A DNA stretch of 64,000 nucleotides from Raillietiella orientalis. Taxonomy: Eukaryota. Both the position numbers and the translations under genes were made by a program. The notes below the pieces were generated by a model that was not told the origin of the DNA, searched no databases, and worked only from the letters and a program-made list of their open reading frames with translations. The DNA lies in the NCBI GenBank assembly GCA_036172245.1, contig JAYWIR010000055.1:868001-932000 (forward strand). Direction: 5' to 3'. Below are positions 48,050 to 59,699 of this stretch, piece after piece; positions within the stretch are counted from its first letter, which is position 1, and every line of letters starts with the position of its first letter.

Positions 48050-48827
48050 TGAGCCGCGGTTAGTGAGTGCCTGGTACCGTCAAGGTTTGAATCCCGCCCG
48101 GGGAAGGCTCGATGCCGAGAAATGGGGAAGGGGCGGTGAAATGGGTTTCGAGTCCGCACCTGCAGGATGAACGCTAGATGGCCTGCAGGCTTCTGGTGCA
48201 GCACTGGAGGAAGCCCTATTTCCCTTGTTGACTGGCTGGGATTGGAAACTGACACTCCCTCCGGAGTCCTTGTAGGACGTCAAGGAGCCCTTCGGGGTTC
48301 CGCTTCATCTGACCCTCCAGTTCTTCCTCCAAGGAGTCCCATCATGGAGGTGGTAGTCTGATACCTCTCTCGAGGGTTGCCTCTCTAGAGTGTTAAGCAC
48401 TCCCTTAGGGAAGCTCATTTTAGAGAAATTGGGAAGCTTCCCTTAGGGATTCTCTTCAGAGAAGCAGGAAACCAGGAGCGGATCCTTTCCGGGTTCCCTT
48501 CGGAAAAGAAACGAGGAGTAGCCGCACAAATCGGAAGGTCCCTCCGGAGATAATGAGGAAGAGATTCCTTCCGAGTTTCTCTGCGGAAGCAACCAGGGCG
48601 AGGGTTTTGGGGTTCCCTACCAAGTGCGAGAGGGACGGAATACTTCCTGGACTCTTTTTAAAGGTTGGTCCTTCCGGGGTTACCCTCGAACTTAAAGAGT
48701 TACAAGCACCATCAGGTGGCGTGAATGGCGCTAAAGAAGAGCTTTGTGAGCGTTGCGCAAGGAAGCGAACGGTTCTTCTACACTTTGCGGACCAAAAGAT
48801 GGAAAACTCTGAAAAAAAAAAAAAAAA
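48050..48827 (+). mobile_element. SINE family 1, copy F
   Basis: B-box-like GGTTTGAATCC at 48084-48094, body with an internal deletion, A16 tail at 48812-48827. Confidence 0.75.
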
Positions 48828-48899
48828 TCGAAGGAAAAGAGCGGAATAGAAGAACTCAAAAAGAATTCCATCATCCACTTTTACCCGCTCATCCAAGTG

Positions 48900-49560
48900 C
48901 TGCCCTCCCTGAGGAATGCAAGGGACAGGGTAATTCCTGCAAGGTGAGAAATGACTTGCTGCATAGAAGCAAAGAAGAAATCATTGGGGGAGTGGACAAC
49001 TCAGGAATTGACGGACACTGCGGCTCCGAGTGTCCCACTCCATGGACTTCTACGCTAGGGAGAGCTGCTCAGAATTTCTTCGGAGGAGGTGAAGCGACTC
49101 CCAGCGTGTGGGAACAGCGACACCATCTCCCTCAAGTGGCGGGAGCAGGCGTTGCTGGGGTTGCATGGTTTAATTCCGTGCTAAGCGCGTCTTCACCACT
49201 AGATCCGAGGGAGCGTGGACGCTCAGTGCAGCAGGTGCAGGAAGGAGAAGCACCTGCTGTTAAACTCTGCTGCCCTGCGACCCTTTTGGTATTGCCTCGC
49301 GGCAGGTGTCCTGGTGGGCAGCCCCAGGGGCATTTTCAGACACCTCTTCGTGAGTGCCGCGCTGCTGCCAGCCGCGTCCCTTGCAGTTCTCTGCTATTCC
49401 CGCGGGATCACGGCGCCCTCGAACGCCAGAAGAGGCTCAAATGACAGGGATGCCATCCACTGGGCGTGGATCTTCCAGAAGACCGCTCGAGTTGGCCCCA
49501 CTTGGGCGAACCGCGGACAGAACTTGCCAGCACACTAAACAGGATGCAGAGGACGCCTGC
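48900..49560 (+). mobile_element. decayed CR1-like LINE fragment
   Basis: SKEEIIGGVDNS (EKDLGVxVD) and SVLSASSPLDPRERGRSVQQVQ (LEYASxVWxP...LExVQ). Confidence 0.35.
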
Positions 49561-49649
49561 AGAGTACCGTGATCCCTTCCTGGGTTCCCCCATTCCCTGT
49601 GTATGATTTGGCCTCCCCTGTTTTTGTCTGTTTTGTTTTTTTGTTTTCC

Positions 49650-50450
49650 CTTCCCCCACGCTGCCGAAGTGGACATCGCCTGTCTGCGCACCGCTCTTGG
49701 AAGGTTCGTTGCACGTGGTAGAACCAACAGCCCTGCCGCACCAATGCATTTTTACTACTTTACGTAAGAGATGCTCCGGCATTACCGAGTAGTAATCATC
49801 CACTTTCAACATGGTAAGAGGAAATCCACAGATGAAGTCTCTTGCTTTCATGCCACTGCTTGTTCAGTTCGCTCCTCGCGTTTAGGATCCATCGAGACCT
49901 CTCGGAGGACTGGATGTGGGTAAAATCCAGTCCATGGAATGTCGCGGGGATGAGACACTGAAAACAGGAACGTTTTCTGCTCCACTGAGGTGCTCTCTTC
50001 CATCTCTGGAGTGTTGACTCTCAAAGTTTTGCCTTCGGGGCTCATGGTGATGCATCCAGGCTCCCTTCCACACCACTCGAAGACTGTACAGTCTTTCCGA
50101 AGTTTCTTTTTCTCCCGCTATGTTTGGAAGGAATAAAACAGTGACGGTGACGGAGAAACTTTGCTTTTCCCGAGTCCGCGGAACTTCTATTGAACATTGG
50201 AGTCCCCTGAACCCAGAGACAACCACCTTTCGGTCTTCCTGTGGCGGTATTCCTTCTCGCCTTACCTCCTGTTTGCACAATCCGACGGTGAAGGCGACGT
50301 TCTGTGGGATGCAAATCGCCGAGGTGCACACTTCGGTATGATCTTTTTTAAAGCACCTTAAACCGCAGTGCCATAGGGGTGGACAGCAGACGCCAACAGA
50401 CTTACACTTGGATTCATCTGATGCGTAGCTCTGGGCGTTCAGAATACCAA
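49650..50450 (-). mobile_element. possible Tc1-like transposase fossil interrupted by a family-2 repeat
   Basis: Minus-strand LKVDDYYSVMPEHLL (YxxILxxHL) and TTCNEPSK (QQDNxPxH), with VLFSDE-like context upstream. Weak. Confidence 0.3.
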
Positions 50451-51119
50451 ACAGATGGTCACCGAGTGCCTACGGCCCTCGCATTCACACATATCCACGG
50501 GTTTGTGTTCCCTCCACATCGGTCCCAAATGTGATTCATCAAGAACTTTTCGTTGTGAGAACGAGGTCTTCTTTAAGAGGAAACCATGGAAGATTCTTCA
50601 GGAACCCTCGTGAAAGCCCTCTGCAAAGTATTTAGTAATTCTCATTCATATCTCACTTTAGAACCGCGCGGAATCGTTTATTGCATTGCCAGTTCCTACT
50701 CCAGGACTCCTTCTCCTGAATATAGTTTATTTGATGACAGGATTTCTTCGGGGTATCACGGATCAGTTGCTTTGGCTTTGAAGAATTTTTAATGGTGGAC
50801 AAATTTCCAAACTTACGTAGCCTCTTAACCAGATTAATGAACCTGATGTGCCATGATGCACATGTTTGAGTGTGTGCACGTATATACACATACATATCTG
50901 TATATGCATACGTACGCATGTACACACACAAACTCCCTTTTTAGAAGTCCGTGCACGATCACCATCTCGCGGAAGACAGTATTTATCCTAATCATAGAAA
51001 TGGATTTCATCTTTCCATTTTTCACTTAGAACCTGTTGCCCTATTGCCAAGAATTAAATAAAATCACAAACACATGTGCATAGATACACCTATATCTACC
51101 TGTCTATACCTGTATTTAT

Positions 51120-51122
<3 letters not shown>

Positions 51123-51152
<30 letters not shown>
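51123..51152. repeat. (TA)15 microsatellite
   Basis: Uninterrupted TA run within a larger low-complexity tract. Confidence 0.95.
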
Positions 51153-51155
<3 letters not shown>

Positions 51156-51309
51156 ACCTGTACGTGTATATATATATTACTAGATTAGGAAGAACTGTGT
51201 TTCATGAGTTCTGTGCATGACTCAACCTTAATTCAGGTCACAACCCTGGCAGGAGACGTTTGCCTTCCCACTTGCTGAAAAGATTTCTTGTTCTCCATGA
51301 ACCTCTCTA

Positions 51310-53300
51310 GAAGGGCGTCACTTCTTCCATTCATCTGCTATCCATCGCATTCCACGGAAAGTACAGTGGTAATGCTCTGAGTGGTCCACATCCGAACTGT
51401 GGTTTCCTATTCTCCTCCGCCATGTCTCAACATTGCACACTGATTGCAATCGGACTTCCACCCAGCTGCTTTGGCGCTTGTCCAGCTGAGAATCCGCCAC
51501 GATTCGGATTGGAACCCAGTGCGACTGACGAGCGTCCGAGATCGCGCCGATTTTGCGAGAGCATCGCGTCGGTCGCTGGCAGTCTTCACCCTAAATGCTC
51601 GTACTGCTCTTGCAAATGTCAGACTCGCCCTTCTGCAGCCTAAAGTGGCAACTGTGGAGACTGCATCATGATCCGGTTACTTCGAGAAGATTCTCACTGA
51701 GAAGATCTATTACAGATCAAACCTTTTCAGGATCGCTGAAAACACATAGTACTCTCGGCATAATACTTTCACAATGCTCGCGGTCAGGATGCTCACGATG
51801 ACAAATGCATGCCAACCAGACACCCTGGATGAGAAAAAGCACATATGTCTGCTTCCAGTAGCCATTTGGGCATGCCATCTTCCCAACAAAACTGCATGAC
51901 CTTTCACCAACTTTCCGTAAGTGGGAAGCGTAGCTACTTTTGAAGTTGCCTCTTCACTTACGGTGCTTCTCGTAGTTGATCATCTAGAAATGGAACGCCC
52001 AATCACTGCAACTAAGACAATGAAGAGGTCTTTAAGAACTCTGCTGACCGCCATCACTGCTGTCCTATTTTCAAATGATTCTATTACTAGATGACCACCA
52101 AGTCAACTAGCAGGAAAGATCACATGCATGCCATTTTAGATCTCTTCCAGGAAAAAGGTTGATCCCACTAATTCAGGTTCATTTTCGATACGGAAGACTA
52201 AGAATGCACCACTAAATGAAAACCTTAAGAGCATTATGTTTTCCAAAAAAAAAAGGATGTCAAAGCACATCGATTCTTCTAGAAAATACTTCGTCTTTTA
52301 AGATCATAAGTCTGCATCATTGTAGGAGATCATTTGCTCAAGTCTGCATCTTGTAGGAGAACGACACCAAAGTGGACTGCAGCCAAAGGAAGGCGGAAGT
52401 TTTCATTTGCAAAAGGTTCAGGTTAGACTTACGCTTTATGCAGCCTTGGTGGACCGTCATCGCCTAGTTCTAAAGTTACAATACCATCGTGAAAGGTGCG
52501 CAGAGTGACTTAGGAGAAAATAGAGGTGGCATTCCGAAGACATAGACACTGTTATTCTTGCAGCCAGACGCCATGGCAAACTGCTTTTGCAAGTTCTCCC
52601 CCTGTTGCTTATTTTCACTGGGCTCTACTGGTCCCACATTCCTCCTAAGTATGATATTTTCTACTTAGATCGCTGTCTCTCCAGATCACTATCTGTTATC
52701 TTCGGATTTCATCACAAATCAAGGAAAATCCTGCAGAAAACTCGCAACCACAGCAGCAACACCTTTCGCATGAAGAGCTGCACTGTTCTTCAGCCGAGTC
52801 CAAAATGGCTGGTTGGTTGTGGTTCTAGAAGGCGAGCGTGGCACAACGTATAGATGCAGAGCTGGGTGGTCACCGAATTCGGTCGGGTATCCACTTTGTG
52901 AGAGCGGGAATCACTCGACAAAGTCTTTTTGGAGACTTTTTGCCACTCTTCTGCTTCTCTCTTCGAGCACCCGAAGCAAGGGGAAGCTCCCCTTCTCTCC
53001 TTAGTCCTGTAATCCAGGTTGCAATGCTCTGTGCGTGAAGAGCGTGAGAGGCCGTTCCGCCAAGGCCACCGAAGTTTTCCAAGGTCGCGGCATTCCGGCA
53101 AACCTCCTCCGGAGATGGCAACGTTGCTGGGAAACTCAAGTGAACGCAGAAGACTGGTGAAAGGTGGGGATTTCCGGAACAAAACAACCGCAGTACAGTG
53201 TGCGGTCGGCATCGTCACCATCAGGCTTCGACACACCACTCTAGCGGGAAACCAGCAATAAGAAAAAAAGAAAAAGGAAAGAACATAGCGAGGATGAGTG
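51310..53300 (-). mobile_element. decayed LINE (APE endonuclease plus RT), RTE/BovB-like
   Basis: Ordered minus-strand fragments: SIATWITG (TW) and FGDHP (SDH) for the endonuclease, then YYAESTMCF (YADDxxL), QYEHLG*...RRDLGRSSVA (FxYLG...RIxKAxxA), CNVETW (YGxETW) and CTFRGMRWI. Confidence 0.55.
52308..52360 (+). repeat. short direct duplication aagtctgcatc(a)ttgtaggaga x2
   Basis: Two ~21-22 bp near-identical copies separated by about 10 bp. Confidence 0.85.
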
Positions 53301-53829
53301 CGCCATAAGCGAGGATAAGCACACACAGGCGTGCGCGCAGAGATCAGGAGTTCTACCTCCAGATCACAGAGACGAGTTTTCTTTCCTAAGGCCCGGGCGC
53401 ACACACTTTCCCGTACTCATCCTATCCTCCATCTCCCCGTTTTCGGAGCCACTGCTCGACGTAGAGAGGTCGGATGCCAGGATCCCATCCCTTCCCAATG
53501 AGATGGGAGGATGAAGTAGTTTGCACACCCGACTGGATCCGCCGATCCCGGGATTGGTGATACCTCTTTCGCCGAGCGGACGCGCTCAGTTGGGCGAGGT
53601 GGCGAAGATAAGAGCGCCAACAGGGGTTGGAATGAAAGTCAGGATGTAACGGATGGAGGCAACGAAAAACATGCGTGTTTGGCTCGTTCGGAAGTGGAAC
53701 GGCTTACGGAGCGTCCGCAAATGTGCGACAGAGAGAAGATTCGGAAACGATAGGTAGCCGCGGGACGGCGGTGGATCCTTGCATGCGTTCCCGACACACG
53801 CGGAAAATTTAGGCACTTGCCTTTAGAGA

Positions 53830-55050
53830 CGCTGGTTGGGTTCTCAAAAGACGAGAATTACTCATCAAGCATGGAGTAGTCTGCAAAGGAGAGAAGTCCT
53901 CCACGAATGATGATGCCGCATCCAATGATCGGGACTTTGGTGAGGACCTGACAGGTGGCAAGCCAAAGCCATCTCCCTCACTGCTTTCTCTACGGACTCC
54001 TGTGCGAGATTCCTTGAAGCAGTCTGCCTGCTACTGAGACTCAGCTGCCGACATTTCCTCTGAGCAAACATTTCCTCTAGTCGTTTGCCTTCTCTCAAAG
54101 GCAAAAGCAGAGTCGAATTTGAAAATCCGCACGCACGAGCCGAAGCAATGAGACGTCGAGAAGGAATCCCCTCATGAACCGTGACCTGCATGCTTGAAAT
54201 ACCTTTGAAGCATAAAGCACCCTGAGAGGAGCACTATTTTTACTTTTCGAGAGGTAGGTACAATGAGTAGGTACCCGAGGATTAAAAGTCATAGTTTCTT
54301 GTGAGGAAAGACCGCTCCAGTCATTCAATTCTAATCACCTATTTGGAGAAATGAGCTTCCATTCTTCATGATATACTTTTGCAGCTGAGATTTCTTCATG
54401 ATCTCGTGCCCCCCACCTCCCCCACCGGGCCTCAACGTGATGCTGCCTCCGTATGATGCGAACAGAATCGAAGCCTTCAGTTGCTCAGTCAGCTATGATG
54501 AAATATCTCTTGCTGTCACCTGAAACGTTTTCACGCTGGAATTTTGGATTCTGAGAGGTAACACCCATCACAACTCCAACTTCACTTCTACGATGGAAAA
54601 GGGTTTCCTCCTCATGGAATCCAGAAGCTCTTGAGGGAGAGGGACTTGTGAGAGTTCAAACCAGTTCTCCTTTCTGCAAGATGACGTTCTTTCACGCTTC
54701 ACTACTCGGAGTGCGTCTCTTGACCACATTTCTTGCCGACATACATTACACATCGAGGAAAATGAGCTTTAATTACTGGAAAACATGTGATTATTCCCAA
54801 TCTGAGAGGCATAAATGCGGAAATTCAAAGGCTGCAGGAATGGTTCATGAATCGAAACTAATCGTTCAGTTTAATCCAGACTTGGTAGATGCTTTCCAAG
54901 GACTCTAATGGTTCTGTGGAAAGCGGCCATAAGTTTAGATTAACCTACTTGGCGTCTTGGAAGAGCATCTGCTTTGGTATTTTTATGCGACCATCATCTT
55001 ATAACTCGTCGTTCGGCTTTCTAAACCTAATGACCATATCTAGCATTTCC
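53830..55050 (-). mobile_element. decayed Tc1/mariner-superfamily transposase
   Basis: Ordered minus-strand fragments LLDSMRRKPFSIVE (FSDEKxFxVE), SQNP (NxQNxR), WSGLSS (WxGIS), SSRQTA (QQDGA), SGPHQSPDH (WPxxSPDL). Confidence 0.55.
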
Positions 55051-55430
55051 TACGAGATATAGGGGAGGAGCAGGCAAGAATTCATTGTGGGCACAGTCCT
55101 GTTGGATGTAGGATGCATTACGTTTCAAAAAGCATGCCTTCCAGTGACAACTGTATCCTGCATTTTGCTCCTTCCTATTTCGTTCCAAGACGACTCCATC
55201 CTAGCCTAATCTTTGATCTCAGCCGAGAGTCGAGGAGCGAGAGAATTACGCTAATCTAGGCGTGAGGGAATCGATATATAGGTCATCATTCATTTCATAT
55301 GATCTGAATTACTTTCCAACAGAATGCTTGACTTTTGCTTGGCTATAAGCGATCATTCTAAAACGCATCCCCCTCAAAGAGTGGTCGGAAGATTTGTTCC
55401 ATTCCTCATAAAAATATCATTGTCTTTATC

Positions 55431-55497
55431 TTTTCATCCTTTTCTTTTCATCCTTTTTTTTTTTCATCCTTTTTAATCTTTTCATCCTTTTTTTTTT
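55431..55497 (+). repeat. degenerate tandem repeat of ttttcatcct (4 units with variable T runs)
   Basis: Directly visible. Confidence 0.85.
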
Positions 55498-58400
55498 AAA
55501 AGCAATTAAGGTAGTGCTAATGGTAATACTATGACTTCTACAAAATCATTTCACCGTGCATATGACTCTAATCATGCTCTTGAAAGAAATGTTTCACATC
55601 TGACTCATAAATTGAACAAAGTACTTGCCTTCGGACCTGCCTTCATTTTTCTGCTAGTGATCCATCATTCCTGTCTTATTAACCCTAAGGAATCTTATCC
55701 AGTGTCTCCGAATTTAAGATTTTCTGTCGTGAATTTAAGGTTCCCTTGGAAATGCTACTAAATCTTGCTACCTTTCATAGCCATCCCGCTTTCCAGTCCA
55801 TTCCGGCATCGAATTTCCCCATTCTATTCCTTCCATACACAAAATTCGAATGTCCAGTGAATTTGTAATGGATGTTTTTTCATATCTGCTGGCCTCGCAG
55901 CGATTCATTCGGATCACAAAATCCAGGGATGACTTTCTTGCTGAAAGCCATAGTCAGATAAATTCTTAATGCAGATATCCGCTAATGGCTGCAAATAGGA
56001 AGTCACAATTTGCGTGAGCCATCATTAAAAATGCCATTTTCGAACGGTATGCACAATCTGATTGCAGCGTGTGACGAAAAATATTTTTTGACTGCTTCGA
56101 GATCTTTAGTAGGGGCAATTTATTTATTTTCTTCATTTCATCTGAGATGAAATTTAAAGTTTTAAAGTGAGTGCAGCCTCCGACGTTTTCTTTTGAAGTT
56201 CCTGCCAGCTCGCATTACTTTCTTCTTTTCTGTGCTTCTTCCTTTAGATTGAAGTCTATCCATACGTTTCCATTAAAAATACAAAATCGCAGAGTGTTTT
56301 GGCAACAGCGACGCATAGAAGCATACACGATTTGTCATCACATGTCTTAATTACATCGCATCCATATTTGGATACTATGCTTCCAAAACCAATATAATCC
56401 GAAAAGGGAAGATTAGTTGTACATCCTGCAGGAATGGAGAGAGGACGAATTATTTCAAACAAAATAATTTTTTGTAACAGAAGAAAAAAATCTCCGTGAA
56501 AAGATCGGATCGAAACGAACGACTTTTTTCCTTGCTTGAAAGGTAAGATTTGTGGCCTCACCATTAAAAAAAATGAAGAAGGAAACTGAGGTTTTAATGA
56601 TTTATTGTTAAGAATGAATTATTCGTAACACTTCAAGACCTAGAACTCATAATCCAAATGCATGTATGGAAATGCATGTATGTTATGAGTTGTGAAATCT
56701 TAGCTCATATACGTCCTTTTTTTGCAGCGTGGGAGAACCCAGTGTTCCCCCACAGAAAACATTTCTTAAAGACTTTATTATCTAATTTTTGTAACAAATT
56801 AGAATAATAAATGCCCCGGCATATCCGGGTGGCAAAGGTCCTTTTTTTATGCACTTACTTACATATCGTACACACGATTTATACGTGTGTACGGTCCAAT
56901 TACAAATGCGGAATTTTTGCATGCTTCTTCGAAATCGGAGCGACAAGAGCACATCTTGAGTAAAACAATATATCTCGAGCTTTCTTCTCCTGAAATACAG
57001 AAATGGTTTTGGGAGAACTGCGTAGAATTGGAAAGAAAATGGTGCCGTTTGAGGACTGTCGATCTGTGTTGAGGAGAGGTGTGCTACGTGGTGTTAGAAG
57101 CGTCATCAGGACTTCCAATTCAACGGTTTTCCCGCTAGGTCTACAGTTTTCGAAAGCCCATCCAGAGACAAAAAAATGTTTCATCCCGCCTAGCAGGAAT
57201 TCTAGCGGTTTTTAAAGCCTTGGCCGCTGAAGTTCGCGGTTGCAAAGAAAATGTCTAATTATGGATGTTGTAAATAATCTTTATTACAATGCCGGATATT
57301 TTATCCACCCTTGTTTCAATCTTGGCCGATGTGGAGTTACATAAATAAATGATCGCATTGTTGATAGAGATTGTCGAGGAAAACGACTTACATATTATTA
57401 AAATATTTTGATATTTAAATGATGATTGTTGTAGTTTACGCATTGATCTCACGTTTCCTTTTCACTGTAGGTAATAACACCGGCAGTGGGGTGCTCTCCC
57501 TACAAACGTATCGAGCACGTGAAGCAGTAGCTTAATATCATAAATTTCACGTGATCAACACTTGATGGTTAGTTTGCATTTTATTTCTGAGCTATTATTG
57601 AATCTGAAGGCCGAATGCCATCTAACGATTCAATAATAGTACTAATGGATTCCTAGGTATTGAAATCTGGGGATTTCCTTCCGGAGAATCGCGGGCTTTT
57701 CCAAAACCATCCTTCAGGATTCCGTTAAATTCTATTGGCAACACTGAGTGCGAGAGCATGCGGTGCCGTGCGCACCCTTCGGCAGGCCTGCTGTAAGTTG
57801 CCTTGTTGGGTGTGCAGTAACAGAAACAACAAGTTGCCTGCTGTGTGTTAAGGGCAGAATGAATTTATTATTGATACGAATTTGCAGGTGAGCAACTGCT
57901 TTTGAGTTAGATTGTGTCAACTGTGTAGCCTTGTACAATAGGATGCTTACAAGTCCTAATAAAGAACGTTACTCCAAATATGAAATAAAAATTTATATGC
58001 ATCGATGATGTTTGTAGTGTAAACAAACTGCACCATTTTGTGATTCAATCTTTTTTTTTTTTTTTTTACTTTAACGAGGATGTCATAGTATATGCCACAA
58101 TCAAGTGTATGCCGCAAACACTGCTCGAGGATGAAATTAGGAAGTTGGTGGCAGCACACTTTATTTTCATGTTTTATTTCACACCTATCTTGCAAGGAAC
58201 ACCATTTCAATGAGGAGGAAACCGGCTTTGCTTCCGTACTTCTATCGTTTGCTCAGCATTTAAAGAATTGTCTTTTTTTTTTTTTTCCCCAGTAGTAAAA
58301 AACAGATTTTTTGAAACACTAGTTTTTCAAGTTATTGTTTCGTGCTATCTGTAAAATCACCATTCCTTTATCCACCTTTCCAGTTTTGTTTTGGTTCCAA

Positions 58401-59699
58401 TTCTGTTCGTGAACATGTTCAAGAATGTAGTGCCGTTTTTATTCTTGTGCTGTTTGATGGGCAAACATCGTGATCTTTATCATTACTTTGTACAAATGTG
58501 CTTTTGATACTTTCACTTTGCTGTGATCTTTTCCCTATTATCTTCTTTAACTGTCGGAACAATACGGTTAATACAAGAGCCTAGTTTTTTGTAATTCACA
58601 TTTCATTATCATGAAGTGCAATTCCAGCAGACCTCTTAAATTTGTGACTTAAGTTGATTCGGAAATACGGTTTTGCCACGTTATGCTTTCCACGCCTTTA
58701 TTTTGGAGCGTTGGTCCGCAATCTTACTTTTGTTTTTAAACATATCTTTTGTTGAGTGGTTTCAATGAAAAAACGTTACATTTTACTGCAAATCCAATCA
58801 GGAAAATTTTTCGATTTTGGCCATGAAATACCTTAATAATTGCAGTGGTAGTACAGCTGTAATAAGCAATTTCTTTTGATAATTCTGATAATAATACTGA
58901 ATCTCCATTAGTTACTTGAATACTTTTGAATCTTTCAAATGAGTGTTGAGATCTTCAGATCCAGATTTTATGGTTTCACTTTTCCTGTAGTTGATATGCA
59001 ATCCATTCACACTTAGAATGTAGTTTTGAGTATAACATGGTTTATAACCATGAGTGTTTGTATTTGTTTGGTATTAAACATAGATAAATAAATGGTGGAT
59101 GATAAAAAATGATTCTTATGAATGCTTTTTCATCAAGTTTATGTGTAATATATGAAGTGTTTAACTCAGTACTTTGTAATAGCTGCTGTTACAATTAAAA
59201 ATATGCAAGTCAAATTATACAGGATGTATTTTGCTTCCAAGGAAGCTGTTCCTTTAACAACTTGGTTGTTTGAGTAGATGAAAAATCATTTTCTTAAAAC
59301 TGATGTTTTGTTTCCAAGAGTGATGGCTTTTTTTTTTTTTTTGCAGGCTTCAAAATGAAATTTTTTGATCAGCACAAGAGTACAAGATATGTTTATATAT
59401 TGCACGGAAATCCTTAAAAATCTGTGAACCATTCAAAGGACTTATGTACTGTTCTGTCTTACATGTTTACATGGTTTTTCTTTAATTAGTAGCATTTGAT
59501 CCTTCTATATTGCATTTATTTTGAATAGTATTTTCAGTTTGCTGCTTTAGTACATTTGCATTTATTTATCTTGTTGTGGCTAATAAATTCTCTACCTGGT
59601 CTTTGACACTGGAGTGGGATTATGTAAGGAAAATGTATATGAGTGTGTGGTAATCATGCATTATTGCAAAATAAAAGCACAAGTTACTGTTGATGCCTG

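Noticed and set aside
59385..59402. miR-190-like word AGATATGTTT
   Set aside because: A short AT-rich match with no complementary arm, likely chance.
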